Below, piece after piece: positions 1-10,381 of a stretch of 54,928 nucleotides of DNA. Position 1 is the stretch's first letter; each line of letters begins with the position of its first letter. Location: NCBI GenBank assembly GCA_003566675.1, contig PXCI01000070.1, positions 1 through 54,928 of the forward strand, in the 5' to 3' direction. The position numbers and the translations under genes were made by a program. The stretch is from Clostridia bacterium (GTDB lineage Bacteria > Bacillota > Sulfobacillia > SLMV01). The notes under the pieces were generated by a model. The model saw only the letters and a list, made by a program, of their open reading frames with translations. It searched no databases and was not told the DNA's origin.

Positions 1-441
1 CAAATACCGATCGAGGAGATCCTCGCCGGGCATTCACAGGTTTCGGCTTTTTCCGTCGAGCGCGACCATGTATGGGTCGTGGATCTCACCCTGGGTAGGG
101 TGGACGATCTGCGCGGGGCCCATGGAGAGCTCAGAGAGGCGATCGAGGATGTTCTCGGAGGAAATGCCTATCGTATGACGATCGGCGACTCCTCCGATGC
201 GGATCTCGCCCACCTGTGGGCCGATCTGGAGATCATCGTGCAACAGGGAGCTTCCAGTGGAGGCTTCGCCGATATGCGGGACCGTCTGCGAACGGAACTT
301 GACATAGTAGAGGATGTGCACCTGAACGTGCAGGTGGATGACTACAACATCTTCGTTTCGATAACCCGGGGTGAGCAGTACCTGTATCGTGTGGTACCCC
401 GCACAGATTACCACTTAGTCAGGGAGGATTCAGGTGAGTAA
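1..441 (+). CDS. hypothetical acidic protein, 5' end outside the window
   Basis: This frame is open from base 1; the listed ORF 79..441 is only its Met-initiated part. Third codon positions are G/C-rich. The TAA stop at 439-441 overlaps the GTG start (434) of the next gene. No family recognised. Confidence 0.45.
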   Translation, partial: QIPIEEILAGHSQVSAFSVERDHVWVVDLTLGRVDDLRGAHGELREAIEDVLGGNAYRMTIGDSSDADLAHLWADLEIIVQQGASSGGFADMRDRLRTELDIVEDVHLNVQVDDYNIFVSITRGEQYLYRVVPRTDYHLVREDSGE

Positions 442-1957
442 GATTGCTGAGTACATGGGACAAAACTGGAGAGAGTTTTGCCTGGGAGTCGCTGGCGGTT
501 CGCTGGTGTTTCTCATTCTGCGCGGATACAACGTCTTCCCCGTGGTGCTGATCGGAGCCCTCCTTGCGGTGGTTTACTGGTATTCTCGACTCGGAGGTGC
601 AGGAAGCAAGGGACTGAACCTGTCATCTGCACCGGAGGGTGGGGGCATTTCTTTCGAAGACATCGGTGGACAGGGTAGGGCCATCGGGGAGCTCAGAGAA
701 AGCCTGGAACTGATCATCGGCGACAACAAGGCGAGTGAACTGGGCATCCGCCCGCTGCGAGGACTGCTTCTGGTTGGGCCTCCGGGGACCGGAAAGACCA
801 TGCTGGCCAGGGCTGCGGCAAACCACACGGGCTTCAGTTTCATGGCCACGTCGGGCAGTGAGTTCGTGGAAATGTATGCGGGAGTCGGAGCCAAAAGAGT
901 CAGAGAGATCTTCAGCCAGGCTCGTAAGAAGGCGAAGAAAGAGGGCGTAGATGCCGCCATGGTCTTTATCGATGAACTCGAGATCGTGGGTGGTAAGCGG
1001 GGCAGGCACAGCAGCCATCTCGAGTACGACCAGACCCTGAACCAACTGCTCGTGGAGATGGACGGCATTGACCGCGATGAGAGTCCCCGGGTCCTGATCG
1101 TCGGGGCCACCAACCGGAAGGATCTTCTTGATGACGCCCTTCTGCGGCCCGGTCGGTTTGACCGTATCGTCCATGTGGATATTCCCGACTCCGAGGGTCG
1201 GCGAGAGATACTTTCCCTTCATATGGCCCAAAAGCCCCTCGCGGAGGATGTGGATCTGGACGCCCTGTCGCGTGAGACCTACGGGTTTTCGGGAGCCCAC
1301 CTGGAGAGCCTGGCCAACGAGGCCGCCATCATGGCCTTCCGAGAGAAATCCGCCCAGGTCAAACAGCGGCATCTGTTTGAGTCGGTGGAGAAGGTCCTCA
1401 TGGGCGAGCGGATTGATCGAAGACCCTCGAAGCGACAGCTGGAACGGGTTGCCGTGCACGAATTGGGCCATGCGCTCATGGGCGAGATCGTGATGCCGGG
1501 CAGTGTTGCCTCGATCAACATCACCCCCCGGGGTGGATCCCTGGGATATGTGCGCAAGAACATGGGTGAGGACAAGTACCTGTATACGGCGGAGGAACTC
1601 ATCGGGGAGATTGGCTTTGTCCTCGGTGGCTGTGCGGCAGAGCAGGTTGTGCTCGGTGAGGGAAGTACCGGGGTCAGCGGTGACTTCGCACAGGCTTCAT
1701 CTCTCGCCCGAAAACTGGTGTTTTCGGGGATGTCCCGGGCTGGTATTGCCTCGGAAGAGACCATGTCCGATGGCAATCTCGGTCAACTCGTGGGGGAGAT
1801 CCTCAATGGGGAACTTTCGCGGGTGATGTCCGTCATGAGGTCCTTCAGTTGGATTTTTGACGTTGCCGTGCCGCCCTTGTTGGAGAGAGAGAGACTCGGT
1901 GGGGAGGAGTTCCGGAATCTTCTGTCTCGTGAATCTTCCGAGGAGATAGCTGGATGA
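434..1957 (+). CDS. FtsH-like AAA+ ATPase / M41 zinc metalloprotease, short paralog
   Basis: Two N-terminal hydrophobic helices with almost no loop between them. Walker A GPPGTGKT, Walker B VFIDELE, SRH region ATNRKDLLDDALLRPGRFDR, zinc site HELGHAL. At 507 aa it is clearly shorter than canonical FtsH. Confidence 0.8.
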   Translation: MSKIAEYMGQNWREFCLGVAGGSLVFLILRGYNVFPVVLIGALLAVVYWYSRLGGAGSKGLNLSSAPEGGGISFEDIGGQGRAIGELRESLELIIGDNKASELGIRPLRGLLLVGPPGTGKTMLARAAANHTGFSFMATSGSEFVEMYAGVGAKRVREIFSQARKKAKKEGVDAAMVFIDELEIVGGKRGRHSSHLEYDQTLNQLLVEMDGIDRDESPRVLIVGATNRKDLLDDALLRPGRFDRIVHVDIPDSEGRREILSLHMAQKPLAEDVDLDALSRETYGFSGAHLESLANEAAIMAFREKSAQVKQRHLFESVEKVLMGERIDRRPSKRQLERVAVHELGHALMGEIVMPGSVASINITPRGGSLGYVRKNMGEDKYLYTAEELIGEIGFVLGGCAAEQVVLGEGSTGVSGDFAQASSLARKLVFSGMSRAGIASEETMSDGNLGQLVGEILNGELSRVMSVMRSFSWIFDVAVPPLLERERLGGEEFRNLLSRESSEEIAG

Positions 1958-2031
1958 TTTTCCTCCCGGGCCTTAGCGGCCCTTCAGACTTCTGATATGC
2001 TATAGATGAAAGCATTGCCGTTGTCTGGAGG

Positions 2032-3294
2032 GTGAAATCCTTGCACATCCGCGCAGAAGTCATTACTGTCGGTACCGAGATCCTTCTCGGTGAGATTCTC
2101 AATACCAATACCCGATATTTGTCGAAAAGGTGCGCCGAGAAGGGCATCGATGTCTATCACCACGTCACAGTTGGTGACAATCATGACCGCCTGAGAGAAT
2201 GCCTTATTGCCGCACGGACCCGGGCAGATCTCATCCTTGTCACAGGCGGCATTGGCCCAACTCCCGATGACATCACCCGGGAAGCAGTGGCAGATGTCTG
2301 GGGGCAGAAACTCATCTTGGATCCGGATCTCCTGCACCGGATGGAGTGTTTTTACGCCCATCGATCCCTCAACATGACCGCCAACAACAAAAGGCAGGCT
2401 CTGATTCCCCGGGGCGCCGTCCCTCTCAAGAATGAGAGAGGAACTGCACCGGGTTTCTTCCTGCACGATCAGATGGGTAGTGTCGCCTGTCTGCCCGGTC
2501 CACCCGACGAGATGGAGCCCATGTTCTCCGAATCCCTCATTCCGCTTCTGAAAAAATACGCAATGCTCCCTTCAACCCAGCTGTTCACCCGCGACATACG
2601 GACGGCGGGCATTGGGGAGTCTGCCCTGGCCAGCGAAATTGACTCGCTTCTTCGCAATCAATCCGATCCGACTCTTGCGACCTACGCAGGTGAAGGGATG
2701 GTCCGGGTCCGCCTCGCCACCCGTGCCAGGACACCATCGGAAGCTCAAGAGAAGTTCGCGCCGGTTACCCGACGGGTGGAGGAGATTCTGGGTTCCCACG
2801 TCTATGGGTATGATGACGATTCCCTGTCGGGAGCCGTCGGCGAGATTCTTCGCTCTCGCGAGCTGACCCTAGCGGTGGCTGAATCCTGCACAGGGGGGCT
2901 TTTGGGAGAGATGATCACCCAGACTCCGGGAGCGTCCGACTATTTCAAAGGTGGCATCATCTGCTACGCGAATGCGGTAAAGATGGGTTCCCTGGGAGTG
3001 GAAGAGGACCTCTTGCTGCGGCATGGGGCGGTCAGTGAGCCTGTGGCTGCCGCTATGGCGGAGGGTGTCATGAGGGCACTGGATGCCTCGGTCTCGGTCG
3101 CCGTGACGGGCGTCGCCGGCCCCGGGGGTGGGAGCGACGAAAAACCCGTTGGTATGGTCGCTTTAGCATTCGGTGGTCCCTGGGGAGTTGTCACCCAGCG
3201 GCGGGTCTTCTCAGGTTCACGTCAGAACATCAGAAGGATCAGCGCCATCTCCGCCCTCGTGCGATTGCGCGAACTCATCCTGAATAAGTGCTAA
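2032..3294 (+). CDS. cinA: competence/damage-inducible protein CinA (MoCF-binding domain plus PncC-type nicotinamide-nucleotide amidase domain)
   Basis: N-terminus AEVITVGTEILLGEILNTNTRYLS and TGGIGPTPDDIT are typical of CinA. C-terminal AVAESCTGGLLG is the PncC motif. It sits upstream of recA, as in Firmicutes. Confidence 0.9.
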   Translation: MKSLHIRAEVITVGTEILLGEILNTNTRYLSKRCAEKGIDVYHHVTVGDNHDRLRECLIAARTRADLILVTGGIGPTPDDITREAVADVWGQKLILDPDLLHRMECFYAHRSLNMTANNKRQALIPRGAVPLKNERGTAPGFFLHDQMGSVACLPGPPDEMEPMFSESLIPLLKKYAMLPSTQLFTRDIRTAGIGESALASEIDSLLRNQSDPTLATYAGEGMVRVRLATRARTPSEAQEKFAPVTRRVEEILGSHVYGYDDDSLSGAVGEILRSRELTLAVAESCTGGLLGEMITQTPGASDYFKGGIICYANAVKMGSLGVEEDLLLRHGAVSEPVAAAMAEGVMRALDASVSVAVTGVAGPGGGSDEKPVGMVALAFGGPWGVVTQRRVFSGSRQNIRRISAISALVRLRELILNKC

Positions 3295-3344
3295 GGCCTT
3301 GATCTCGAACATATGTTCTATTATAGTGAAGGAGAGGAAGGCGT

Positions 3345-3932
3345 TTGGGTGTTCGAACTTTTATATGTCTTTCCCTTGAGGACCAGATTCGTGAGGCGTT
3401 GAAACAATGGCAGATCCAGCTGAGGGCCGAATATGGAGATGTCTTTCGCTGGGTCGCCCCGGACCACATGCATGTGACCCTGAGTTTCCTGGGCAATGTT
3501 GAGGTGGAACAGGTATCCGCTGTATCGGACAGCGTGAGGCGGGCGGTGACAGATCTTTCTTCCTTTCGGATGGGCCTTTCTTCCGCCGGGGCCTTTCCCC
3601 ATCCGGGCAGGCCCAGGGTATTGTGGGCCGGGGTGGGCGCCGGACGCGCTATCGTTGAACGGCTCCAGGGGGCCGTGACGACGTCCCTGCAGGAGGAACA
3701 TGGTTTTGAACCGGATCGGCGTAAGTTTCATCCCCACGTGACGGTTGCACGGGCCAGCCGTCGAGGCCGGCCCCCTGATATGGAGAAAGCCCTGGCCGAG
3801 ACCTGCAGCAGAGAGTGGGGGGCTCAGTGGGTTGAGCGGGTGGATGTGATGAAAAGCGAGCTGCGCCCTGGGGGTCCCATTTACACGGTCATGGCGAGTC
3901 TGCCCCTTGCACCCGGGCGAAAGAATTGTTAA
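3345..3932 (+). CDS. thpR: RNA 2',3'-cyclic phosphodiesterase (2H family, LigT/ThpR)
   Basis: Two HxT/S motifs ([10 protein letters not shown] and HPHVTVAR) at the expected spacing. TTG start preceded by GAAGGAGAGGAAGG. Confidence 0.8.
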   Translation: MGVRTFICLSLEDQIREALKQWQIQLRAEYGDVFRWVAPDHMHVTLSFLGNVEVEQVSAVSDSVRRAVTDLSSFRMGLSSAGAFPHPGRPRVLWAGVGAGRAIVERLQGAVTTSLQEEHGFEPDRRKFHPHVTVARASRRGRPPDMEKALAETCSREWGAQWVERVDVMKSELRPGGPIYTVMASLPLAPGRKNC

Positions 3933-3958
3933 ATTATACCAGAGGGGGAAAGGTCATC

Positions 3959-4972
3959 ATGAATAAAAAGGATGCAGTCCAGGGGACCATCGCACAAATC
4001 GAACGTCAGTTTGGTAAGGGAGCCATCATGAGAATGGGTGAGTCATCCATGATGGATGAGGTGTCAGCGGTATCGACGGGTTGCCTCTCCCTGGATATTG
4101 CCCTTGGTGTGGGGGGGATCCCCAGGGGGAGAATTGTTGAGCTTTACGGGCCCGAAGCTTCGGGTAAGACCACCGTGGGCTTGCACATTGTTGCCGAGGC
4201 GCAGAAGGGGGGATATGCGGCCTTCATTGACGCCGAGCACGCCCTGGATGCGGCCTATGCGCGGCGAATCGGCGTGGATGTGGACAATCTGCTCATCTCC
4301 CAGCCTGACACGGGGGAGCAGGCACTGGATATCGCGGAAGCATTGGTTCGAAGTGGTGCCATCGACGTGGTAATTATCGATTCAGTTGCCGCATTGGTAC
4401 CCCGGGCGGAGATCGAGGGAGAGATGGGGGACAGCCACGTCGGTCTGCAGGCCCGCCTGATGTCCCAGGCCATGAGGAAATTGGCTGGGGCGATCTCCAA
4501 ATCTCACACCATCGTCATTTTTATTAATCAGCTTCGCGAGAAGGTCGGGGTGATGTTCGGAAGCCCTGAGGTTACCCCTGGAGGGCGGGCACTGAAGTTC
4601 TACTCCTCGGTCAGGATCGATGTCCGCAGGATTGAGGCCCTGAAGGATGGAGCAGTGAGCATAGGCATCAAGGTGAGGGCTAAGGTGGTCAAGAACAAGG
4701 TGGCCCCGCCCTTCCGGCAAACCGAGTTCGACCTGATGTATGGTACTGGCATTTCCCGCGAGGGAGACCTCCTAGATCTTGGCGTGGAGCATGACCTCGT
4801 CAGCCGGGCAGGATCGTGGTATTCCTACGGGGATGAGCGGATGGGCCAGGGGCGCGAGAACGCCAAGACGTGGTTGGCGGATAATCCCGAAGCTGCTGAT
4901 ACTATTGAGAGGACCATCCTGGAGAATCTGGGCATTACGCGGGGTGTCTCCGTTGACGAGTCCGAGGAGTGA
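3959..4972 (+). CDS. recA: recombinase RecA
   Basis: [15 protein letters not shown], Walker [10 protein letters not shown], and FIDAEHALD...[14 protein letters not shown]. The ATG at 3959 is preferred over the TTG at 3926 because of the GAGGGGGAAAGG Shine-Dalgarno just upstream. Confidence 0.97.
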   Translation: MNKKDAVQGTIAQIERQFGKGAIMRMGESSMMDEVSAVSTGCLSLDIALGVGGIPRGRIVELYGPEASGKTTVGLHIVAEAQKGGYAAFIDAEHALDAAYARRIGVDVDNLLISQPDTGEQALDIAEALVRSGAIDVVIIDSVAALVPRAEIEGEMGDSHVGLQARLMSQAMRKLAGAISKSHTIVIFINQLREKVGVMFGSPEVTPGGRALKFYSSVRIDVRRIEALKDGAVSIGIKVRAKVVKNKVAPPFRQTEFDLMYGTGISREGDLLDLGVEHDLVSRAGSWYSYGDERMGQGRENAKTWLADNPEAADTIERTILENLGITRGVSVDESEE

Positions 4973-5453
4973 TGGGGAGAAGCAGATCGCCCGGGCGAGG
5001 GACTATGCCCTCCTTCTGCTATCCCACAGATCCAGGACCGTCGCTGAGATGCGCGATCGTCTTCGCAGAAAAGGATTCACCCCTGAGATCGCCGAGATGT
5101 GCGTGGATCAGCTATCCGCCCAGTCCTATCTTGATGATGAGTCTTTTTGTCGCGAGTACATAGATTACGCGCGCGAGCGCAAACCAATGGGCCGGATTCG
5201 ACTGAAACAGGAGTTGCGGAAGCGTGGTGTGGATGACGGTCTGATTGAACGGGCGCTCGTCGATATGACGGAGGAAGAGGAGAGCGTGATGGCGCAGAGG
5301 GTGCTGCAGCGTCGCGGCGGCGTTCCTGACGAAGATCTGCCCTTCGAACAGAGACAGCGGCACATGCGGCGGCTTTTTGCCTATCTTGCACGACGGGGTT
5401 TTTCCCAGTCCCTCATCCGACGGCTCCTCGATCCCTACGTCCGGGGCGGTTGA
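4944..5453 (+). CDS. recX: recombination regulator RecX
   Basis: The repeated helical pattern ([28 protein letters not shown] ... [24 protein letters not shown]) is RecX-like and lies directly after recA. There is no ATG near the recA stop. GTG 4944 or TTG 4953 would overlap the recA end by about 20-30 nt, so the start is uncertain. Confidence 0.8.
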   Translation: MSPLTSPRSDGEKQIARARDYALLLLSHRSRTVAEMRDRLRRKGFTPEIAEMCVDQLSAQSYLDDESFCREYIDYARERKPMGRIRLKQELRKRGVDDGLIERALVDMTEEEESVMAQRVLQRRGGVPDEDLPFEQRQRHMRRLFAYLARRGFSQSLIRRLLDPYVRGG

Positions 5454-5873
5454 TGCCGCTAGAAGGCGAACGGATCACGGCTATGCCGAGGGACTCCGGT
5501 TTGATATGTCGGGAAAGAAGGATCTTCAACGATCTCGGTTGAGCGCCCTGGGGAATGCAGGGCATTTATCGGGATGTGTCGCGGTGGGGCGTACTGCATC
5601 GTGGGGCGGAATGACAATGCCCTTTAGCCCCTCAGGTCGTGGACAATAGGCTCGTCTTGTGGTAATCTCAATCCAAACAGATGGTTACATGTTCTGTGGA
5701 TTGTTTCAGAGAAGGTTTAGTCGCAGGGCTACCGAGGCCAGTGTAGTATTTTGAGTCTACCAACACGTTTCGTGTTGAATGAATAGCATCCTGCTGTGGG
5801 CGTTTACAGAAATCACGGTGGTCACAATACATCCCAGGAGACTTTTCTGGTGGGTGCATTCATGGTGGATCGA

Positions 5874-5906
5874 AAGGCCGGGTCCCGCAGGCTCGGTCTT
5901 ATTTTT
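5874..5906 (+). terminator. terminator/attenuator-like hairpin plus T-run at the end of the recX-rny leader
   Basis: AAGGCCGGGTC / GGCTCGGTCTT pairs as an 11-bp stem (3 G-U pairs) with a 5-nt loop, followed by ATTTTTG. It lies only about 15 nt before the rny ATG. Confidence 0.4.
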
Positions 5907-5920
5907 GTGGATGATTGTGA

Positions 5921-7477
5921 ATGGAGGTGTCTCTCATAGGTACGGGACTTGTGCTCGCGATTAGCTTTGCAACCGCAATCGTATTTTTTCTGGTTGGGTT
6001 TTACCTGCGTAAGTACATGGCAGAGGCCAAGATTGATTCGGCGGAGCGCGAAGCCGTGAGGATTCTAAATGATGCATCCAAAGAGGCGGAGCGCAAGAAG
6101 AAAGAATCAGTTCTGCAGGCCAAAGAAGAGATTTACAAGATGAGGACCTCCTTTGAGAATGACAGCCGCGAACGACGTTCCGAACTGCAGAAAATGGAGC
6201 GTCGCCTGCTGCAGAAGGAGGAGTCGCTGGACCGACGCACTGAGAATCTCGAGAAAAGGGAAGAGAATGTGAAGGTTCGAGCGGAGGAGCTCGGGCGCCT
6301 TGAGATCTCAGCGGAGAAGATCATGAAGGAGCAAGAGCAGGAGATGGAACGGATTGCTGGCCTCACGAGGGACGAGGCCCACAGGCAGATCCTTGACGAT
6401 GCGAGAAGAGCCGCTCGCCGGAAGGTTGCCTCCATCGAGCGCGAAATTGAGACCGACGCTCGCGAGGGGGCGCAGAAGAAGGCCCGGGATATTGTCGCCC
6501 TGGCCATTCAGCGCTGCGCAGCCGATCAGGTCACCGACAGCACTGTGTCCGTCATAGAACTGCCCAGTGATGACATGAAGGGACGCATCATTGGCAGGGA
6601 GGGACGGAATATTCGCGCTTTCGAGAGTTTGAGCGGTGTTGATGTGATCATTGACGATACTCCGGAGGCTGTTGTGGTCTCGTGTTTTGATCCCATACGG
6701 CGCGAGAAGGCCCGCCTGACCCTGGAGCGCCTGGTGGCAGACGGGCGAATACATCCGGCCCGAATCGAGGAAATGTATGAGAAGGTGGAGCGGGAGCTCG
6801 AGGAAGTAATACGAGAGACTGGCCAGCGTGCCGCCTACGACGCGGGGGTACACGGTCTTCACCCGAGATTGGTCGATCTTCTCGGAAGACTCAAGTATCG
6901 CAGCAGCTATGGTCAGAACGTGTTGAAGCACTCCCTTGAGGTTTCATACCTTGCAGCGATGATGGCATCGGAACTCCAGGTGAATGTGAACCTGGCGCGT
7001 AGGGCCGGGCTGATCCATGATATTGGCAAGGCCGTGGATCACGAAGTCCAGGGCACCCACGTAGAGATCGGACGAGAGCTGCTTCGTAGGTACGGAGAAA
7101 AGGAACCGGTCATTGATGCCATGAGCTCACATCACGGGGACTATGAGGCAAGAAACGTAGAGGCCGTCCTCATTGCGGCCGCCGATGCCCTTTCCGCTGC
7201 CAGGCCCGGGGCGAGAAAAGAGACCCTGGAAGCTTACGTGCAGCGGCTGGAGAAGCTGGAGGAGATCGCCGATTCCTTCGATGGAGTGGACAGGGCTTAT
7301 GCGATCCAGGCGGGCAGGGAGATCCGCATTATGGTCAAGCCCGATGAAATCGATGATCTCGAGGCGTACGGTTTGGCCAGGGATATCGTCAAACACGTTG
7401 AGGAGCAGGTTGAGTATCCGGGTCAGGTTAAAGTAACTGTCATAAGACAGACCCGGGCAGTGGAATACGCAAAGTGA
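5921..7477 (+). CDS. rny: ribonuclease Y
   Basis: N-terminal TM helix, long E/K/R-rich coiled coil, KH domain ([15 protein letters not shown]), HD domain (HSLEV...LIHDIGKA). 518 aa. Confidence 0.95.
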   Translation: MEVSLIGTGLVLAISFATAIVFFLVGFYLRKYMAEAKIDSAEREAVRILNDASKEAERKKKESVLQAKEEIYKMRTSFENDSRERRSELQKMERRLLQKEESLDRRTENLEKREENVKVRAEELGRLEISAEKIMKEQEQEMERIAGLTRDEAHRQILDDARRAARRKVASIEREIETDAREGAQKKARDIVALAIQRCAADQVTDSTVSVIELPSDDMKGRIIGREGRNIRAFESLSGVDVIIDDTPEAVVVSCFDPIRREKARLTLERLVADGRIHPARIEEMYEKVERELEEVIRETGQRAAYDAGVHGLHPRLVDLLGRLKYRSSYGQNVLKHSLEVSYLAAMMASELQVNVNLARRAGLIHDIGKAVDHEVQGTHVEIGRELLRRYGEKEPVIDAMSSHHGDYEARNVEAVLIAAADALSAARPGARKETLEAYVQRLEKLEEIADSFDGVDRAYAIQAGREIRIMVKPDEIDDLEAYGLARDIVKHVEEQVEYPGQVKVTVIRQTRAVEYAK

Positions 7478-7494
7478 GATTCTCTGTCTCACTG

Positions 7495-7537
7495 GGCCTG
7501 GAATCGGATGTTTCATCCGGTTTCAGGCCTTTTTTTT
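7495..7537 (+). terminator. rho-independent terminator after rny
   Basis: GGCCTGGAATCGG ... CCGGTTTCAGGCC stem followed by a run of 8 T. Confidence 0.75.
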
Positions 7538-7593
7538 GGAGGGGATCCGGTTAACCTTAGCGAAACGGTATAGGTGGGTTTGGAGGGAAAAGT

Positions 7594-8391
7594 GTGAAAA
7601 TTCTGATCATTGGCGATGTGGTTGGACGGCCCGGTCGACATCTGCTTCGGGATGAGCTTCCCTCGATCAGGGCGGAGGGCGACATCGATCTGGTCGTGGC
7701 CAACGGAGAAAATGCCGCCGGCGGAGCAGGGATCACTGCCAGGACCGCCGAAGAGATCTTCTCCTCTGGGGTCGACGTGATTACCTCAGGAAACCACATA
7801 TGGGACCAGAAAGAGGCGATTAAGTACATAGCTGAACAGCCACGCCTGCTGCGTCCTATCAACTATCCTGAGGGGACTCCGGGGTGTGGGTTCTACGTGA
7901 TTGAGGAGGCAGGTTGCCCTCCCGTGGTAGTGGTCAACGTACACGGTCGCGTTTTCATTGAGACCGGTTTTTCGTGTCCCTTCCTCAGCATGGAAAGGTT
8001 GCTGGCAGAGATCCAGCGCGAGAAATCCCTTGATCAGGCCGCGATCGTGGTGGATTTTCACGGCGAGGCCACCTCGGAAAAGCAGGCCTTTGCGCGCCAT
8101 TTCGACGGACAGGTTTCGGCCGTGATCGGCACACACACCCACGTACAGACGGCAGATGCACGCCTCCTACCGCGAGGCACGGCCTATGTCACAGATGTTG
8201 GGATGACGGGTCCATCTGAGGGGATTCTGGGCGTGAAGCCGGGGCCTGTCATCCGGCGCTTTCGCACCCAGATGCCCACTCGCTTCCAGGTTGCCGGTGG
8301 GCCGCGCATGATCAATGCTGCAGTACTGGATTTCATCTTCGATGAGGGGAGGCCCCAGGTGCGGCATATAAGCATGATGAACAGATCGTAG
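7594..8391 (+). CDS. ymdB: YmdB-type metallophosphoesterase (2',3'-cyclic-nucleotide phosphodiesterase)
   Basis: MKILIIGDVVGRPGR, NGENAAGG and GNHIWD motifs. It follows rny, as in Bacillus. Confidence 0.9.
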   Translation: MKILIIGDVVGRPGRHLLRDELPSIRAEGDIDLVVANGENAAGGAGITARTAEEIFSSGVDVITSGNHIWDQKEAIKYIAEQPRLLRPINYPEGTPGCGFYVIEEAGCPPVVVVNVHGRVFIETGFSCPFLSMERLLAEIQREKSLDQAAIVVDFHGEATSEKQAFARHFDGQVSAVIGTHTHVQTADARLLPRGTAYVTDVGMTGPSEGILGVKPGPVIRRFRTQMPTRFQVAGGPRMINAAVLDFIFDEGRPQVRHISMMNRS

Positions 8392-8414
8392 ACGACATCA
8401 AGGAGAGGAGATGA

Positions 8415-9548
8415 ATGATGCCAAAAAGGCAGTTACTCCAGGGCAACGAGGCGATCTTGGAGGGAGCGATTGCGGCAGGAGCGACATTTTTTGCCGGTTA
8501 TCCCATCACTCCGTCCTCCGAGATTGCACAGGGTGCTTCACGCAGGTTGCCGGCGATTGGCGGAGTTTATCTGCAGATGGAGGATGAGCTGGCGAGTATG
8601 GCGGCGATCATAGGGGCGTCCCTGGCCGGCAGGAAGAGTTTCACGGCTACTAGCGGCCCCGGGGTGTCACTGATGCAGGAGAACCTGGGTGTGGCCATCA
8701 TGGCCGAGGTCCCGTGCGTGATCATCGACATTCAGCGATCCGGCCCCGGCACCGGCCTGGCGACCAAGCCGGCCCAGGCGGACATGATGCAGGTCCGATG
8801 GGGGTCCCACGGCGACCACTCTGCTGTGGTTTTGGCCCCTGCCTCTGTGCAGGAGTGTTTTGACCTGACCGTGCGGGCCTTCAATCTGGCAGAAGAGCTC
8901 CGACATCCGGTCTTTGTATTGGCCGATGAGATCGTTGGACATATGAGAGAAGACGTTCTCATCAGCGGTGAAGTTGAAGTCGTCACCCGTAGATCGCCAG
9001 ACATCGACCCCGACCGTTTTAAAGTCCATGATCACGATGAGCGGGGAATTCCCGTTCCCCTGCCGCCCTTTGGATCGCCCTTTGTCTATCATGCCAACTC
9101 CTCGATGCACGATGAGATGGGCTTCCCCAGCTCCGATCCAGGCAATGCTGGCCGCATGATCCGGCGGCTTCATGATAAGGTCGAAAACGCCGTGGATCAG
9201 ATCACGGAGTTTTCCTTTTTCGGAGATGAGGACCCCCGCGTCCTGATCATCGCCTACGGATGCTCTGCGCGGACCGCCCAGCAGCTGGTGCTGGATCAGC
9301 CCTTCGGCTCTGGTGGTGTGTCGCTGCTTCAGCTCAAGTCGCTCTGGCCCTTTCCAGACGCCTTGATTCGGAAAACTGCCTCGTGCGGGGTGCCCGTGGT
9401 GGTCCCAGAGTTGAACCTTGGGCAGATGGTCCGAGAGGTGAAAAGGGTACTGGGGCCCGACTATCCCTGTCACAGCTTCACCAAGAGCAACGGTCTTCCC
9501 ATTTCCACGACAGAGTTGATCTCGTTCATCGGGGAGGAAGTACTATGA
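8415..9548 (+). CDS. 2-oxoacid:ferredoxin oxidoreductase, alpha subunit (KorA/OorA-like)
   Basis: GNEAILEGAIAAGATFFAGYPITPSSEI and TATSGPGVSLMQENLG are typical of the alpha subunit. The stop overlaps the next start (ATGA). Confidence 0.85.
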   Translation: MMPKRQLLQGNEAILEGAIAAGATFFAGYPITPSSEIAQGASRRLPAIGGVYLQMEDELASMAAIIGASLAGRKSFTATSGPGVSLMQENLGVAIMAEVPCVIIDIQRSGPGTGLATKPAQADMMQVRWGSHGDHSAVVLAPASVQECFDLTVRAFNLAEELRHPVFVLADEIVGHMREDVLISGEVEVVTRRSPDIDPDRFKVHDHDERGIPVPLPPFGSPFVYHANSSMHDEMGFPSSDPGNAGRMIRRLHDKVENAVDQITEFSFFGDEDPRVLIIAYGCSARTAQQLVLDQPFGSGGVSLLQLKSLWPFPDALIRKTASCGVPVVVPELNLGQMVREVKRVLGPDYPCHSFTKSNGLPISTTELISFIGEEVL

Positions 9549-10381
9549 AAGCTCCAGAGCAGGTGGCCCGGTATCTGAAGAGCGAGGCACTGCCGTTGTT
9601 TTGGTGTCCCGGGTGTGGAAATGGCATTATTTTAGGTTCGATGCTGCGGGTGTTCAATCGAATGCAACTGGCACCGGAGCGCACGGTGGTCACCACGGGA
9701 ATCGGCTGCTGGGGCAAGGCGGACGACTACCTGAAAACGAACTCGATTCACGGTACCCACGGCCGGGCGCTTCCCTTCGCCACCGGAGTCAAGGCCGCCA
9801 ATGGCGACCTGACGGTTCTCGCGTTGATGGGTGACGGGGATTGTGCCACCATCGGCGGAAACCACTTCCTGCACGCGGCCCGGCGCAACATCAATGTGAC
9901 CGCCGTCGTGTCCAACAACTTCAACTACGGGATGACAGGCGGCCAGTATTCGGCAACGACGCCGGTGGAGAGTTACACCAGCACCAGCGTCTATGGAAAT
10001 CCCGAGGGCGACTTCGACATATGCGAGATCGCCGTTGCGGCCGGGGCCACCTTTGTCGGACGGAGCACGGTCTACCACGTGAACCTGCTCGAGCGCATCC
10101 TCGAGGCTGCGATCAGGCACAAAGGGTTCTCCCTGGTTGAGATCTTCTCCTCATGTCCCGTCTATTACGGTCGTTACAACCAGCATCCCACCCCCGTTGA
10201 CATGATGAACCTGTGGAAGTCCGGCGCGGTTCCAGTTGAGCGTTACCGGGCGATGGAGGAGGCAGAGCAGGCCGATTACTTCCCCATCGGTGTCTTTCAC
10301 AGCGATGATAGGCCGGATTTCAACACCCGCTATGAGAAGATCCAAAGGGCAGCGGAAGCACGGATGGGGGAGCGAACGTGA
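9545..10381 (+). CDS. 2-oxoacid:ferredoxin oxidoreductase, beta (TPP-binding) subunit
   Basis: WCPGCGNGIIL and GDGDCATIGGNHFLHAARRN motifs. The ATG at 9545 is chosen because it overlaps the alpha stop. The longer ORF from 9260 lies inside the alpha gene. Confidence 0.85.
   Translation: MKAPEQVARYLKSEALPLFWCPGCGNGIILGSMLRVFNRMQLAPERTVVTTGIGCWGKADDYLKTNSIHGTHGRALPFATGVKAANGDLTVLALMGDGDCATIGGNHFLHAARRNINVTAVVSNNFNYGMTGGQYSATTPVESYTSTSVYGNPEGDFDICEIAVAAGATFVGRSTVYHVNLLERILEAAIRHKGFSLVEIFSSCPVYYGRYNQHPTPVDMMNLWKSGAVPVERYRAMEEAEQADYFPIGVFHSDDRPDFNTRYEKIQRAAEARMGERT

Noticed and set aside
3926-3958. N-terminal extensions of track ORFs, such as recA from 3926. The same applies to recX from 4779, korB from 9260, acs from 13573, MT from 15998, mraZ from 29286, rsmH from 29558, murE from 33531, ftsW from 37493, murA from 40760, ftsQ from 42049, ftsZ from 42801, mnt from 45384 and ylmC from 51855.
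   Set aside because: The extensions overlap the preceding gene or lack an SD. Downstream starts give canonical family N-termini and have SD sequences or stop/start overlaps.
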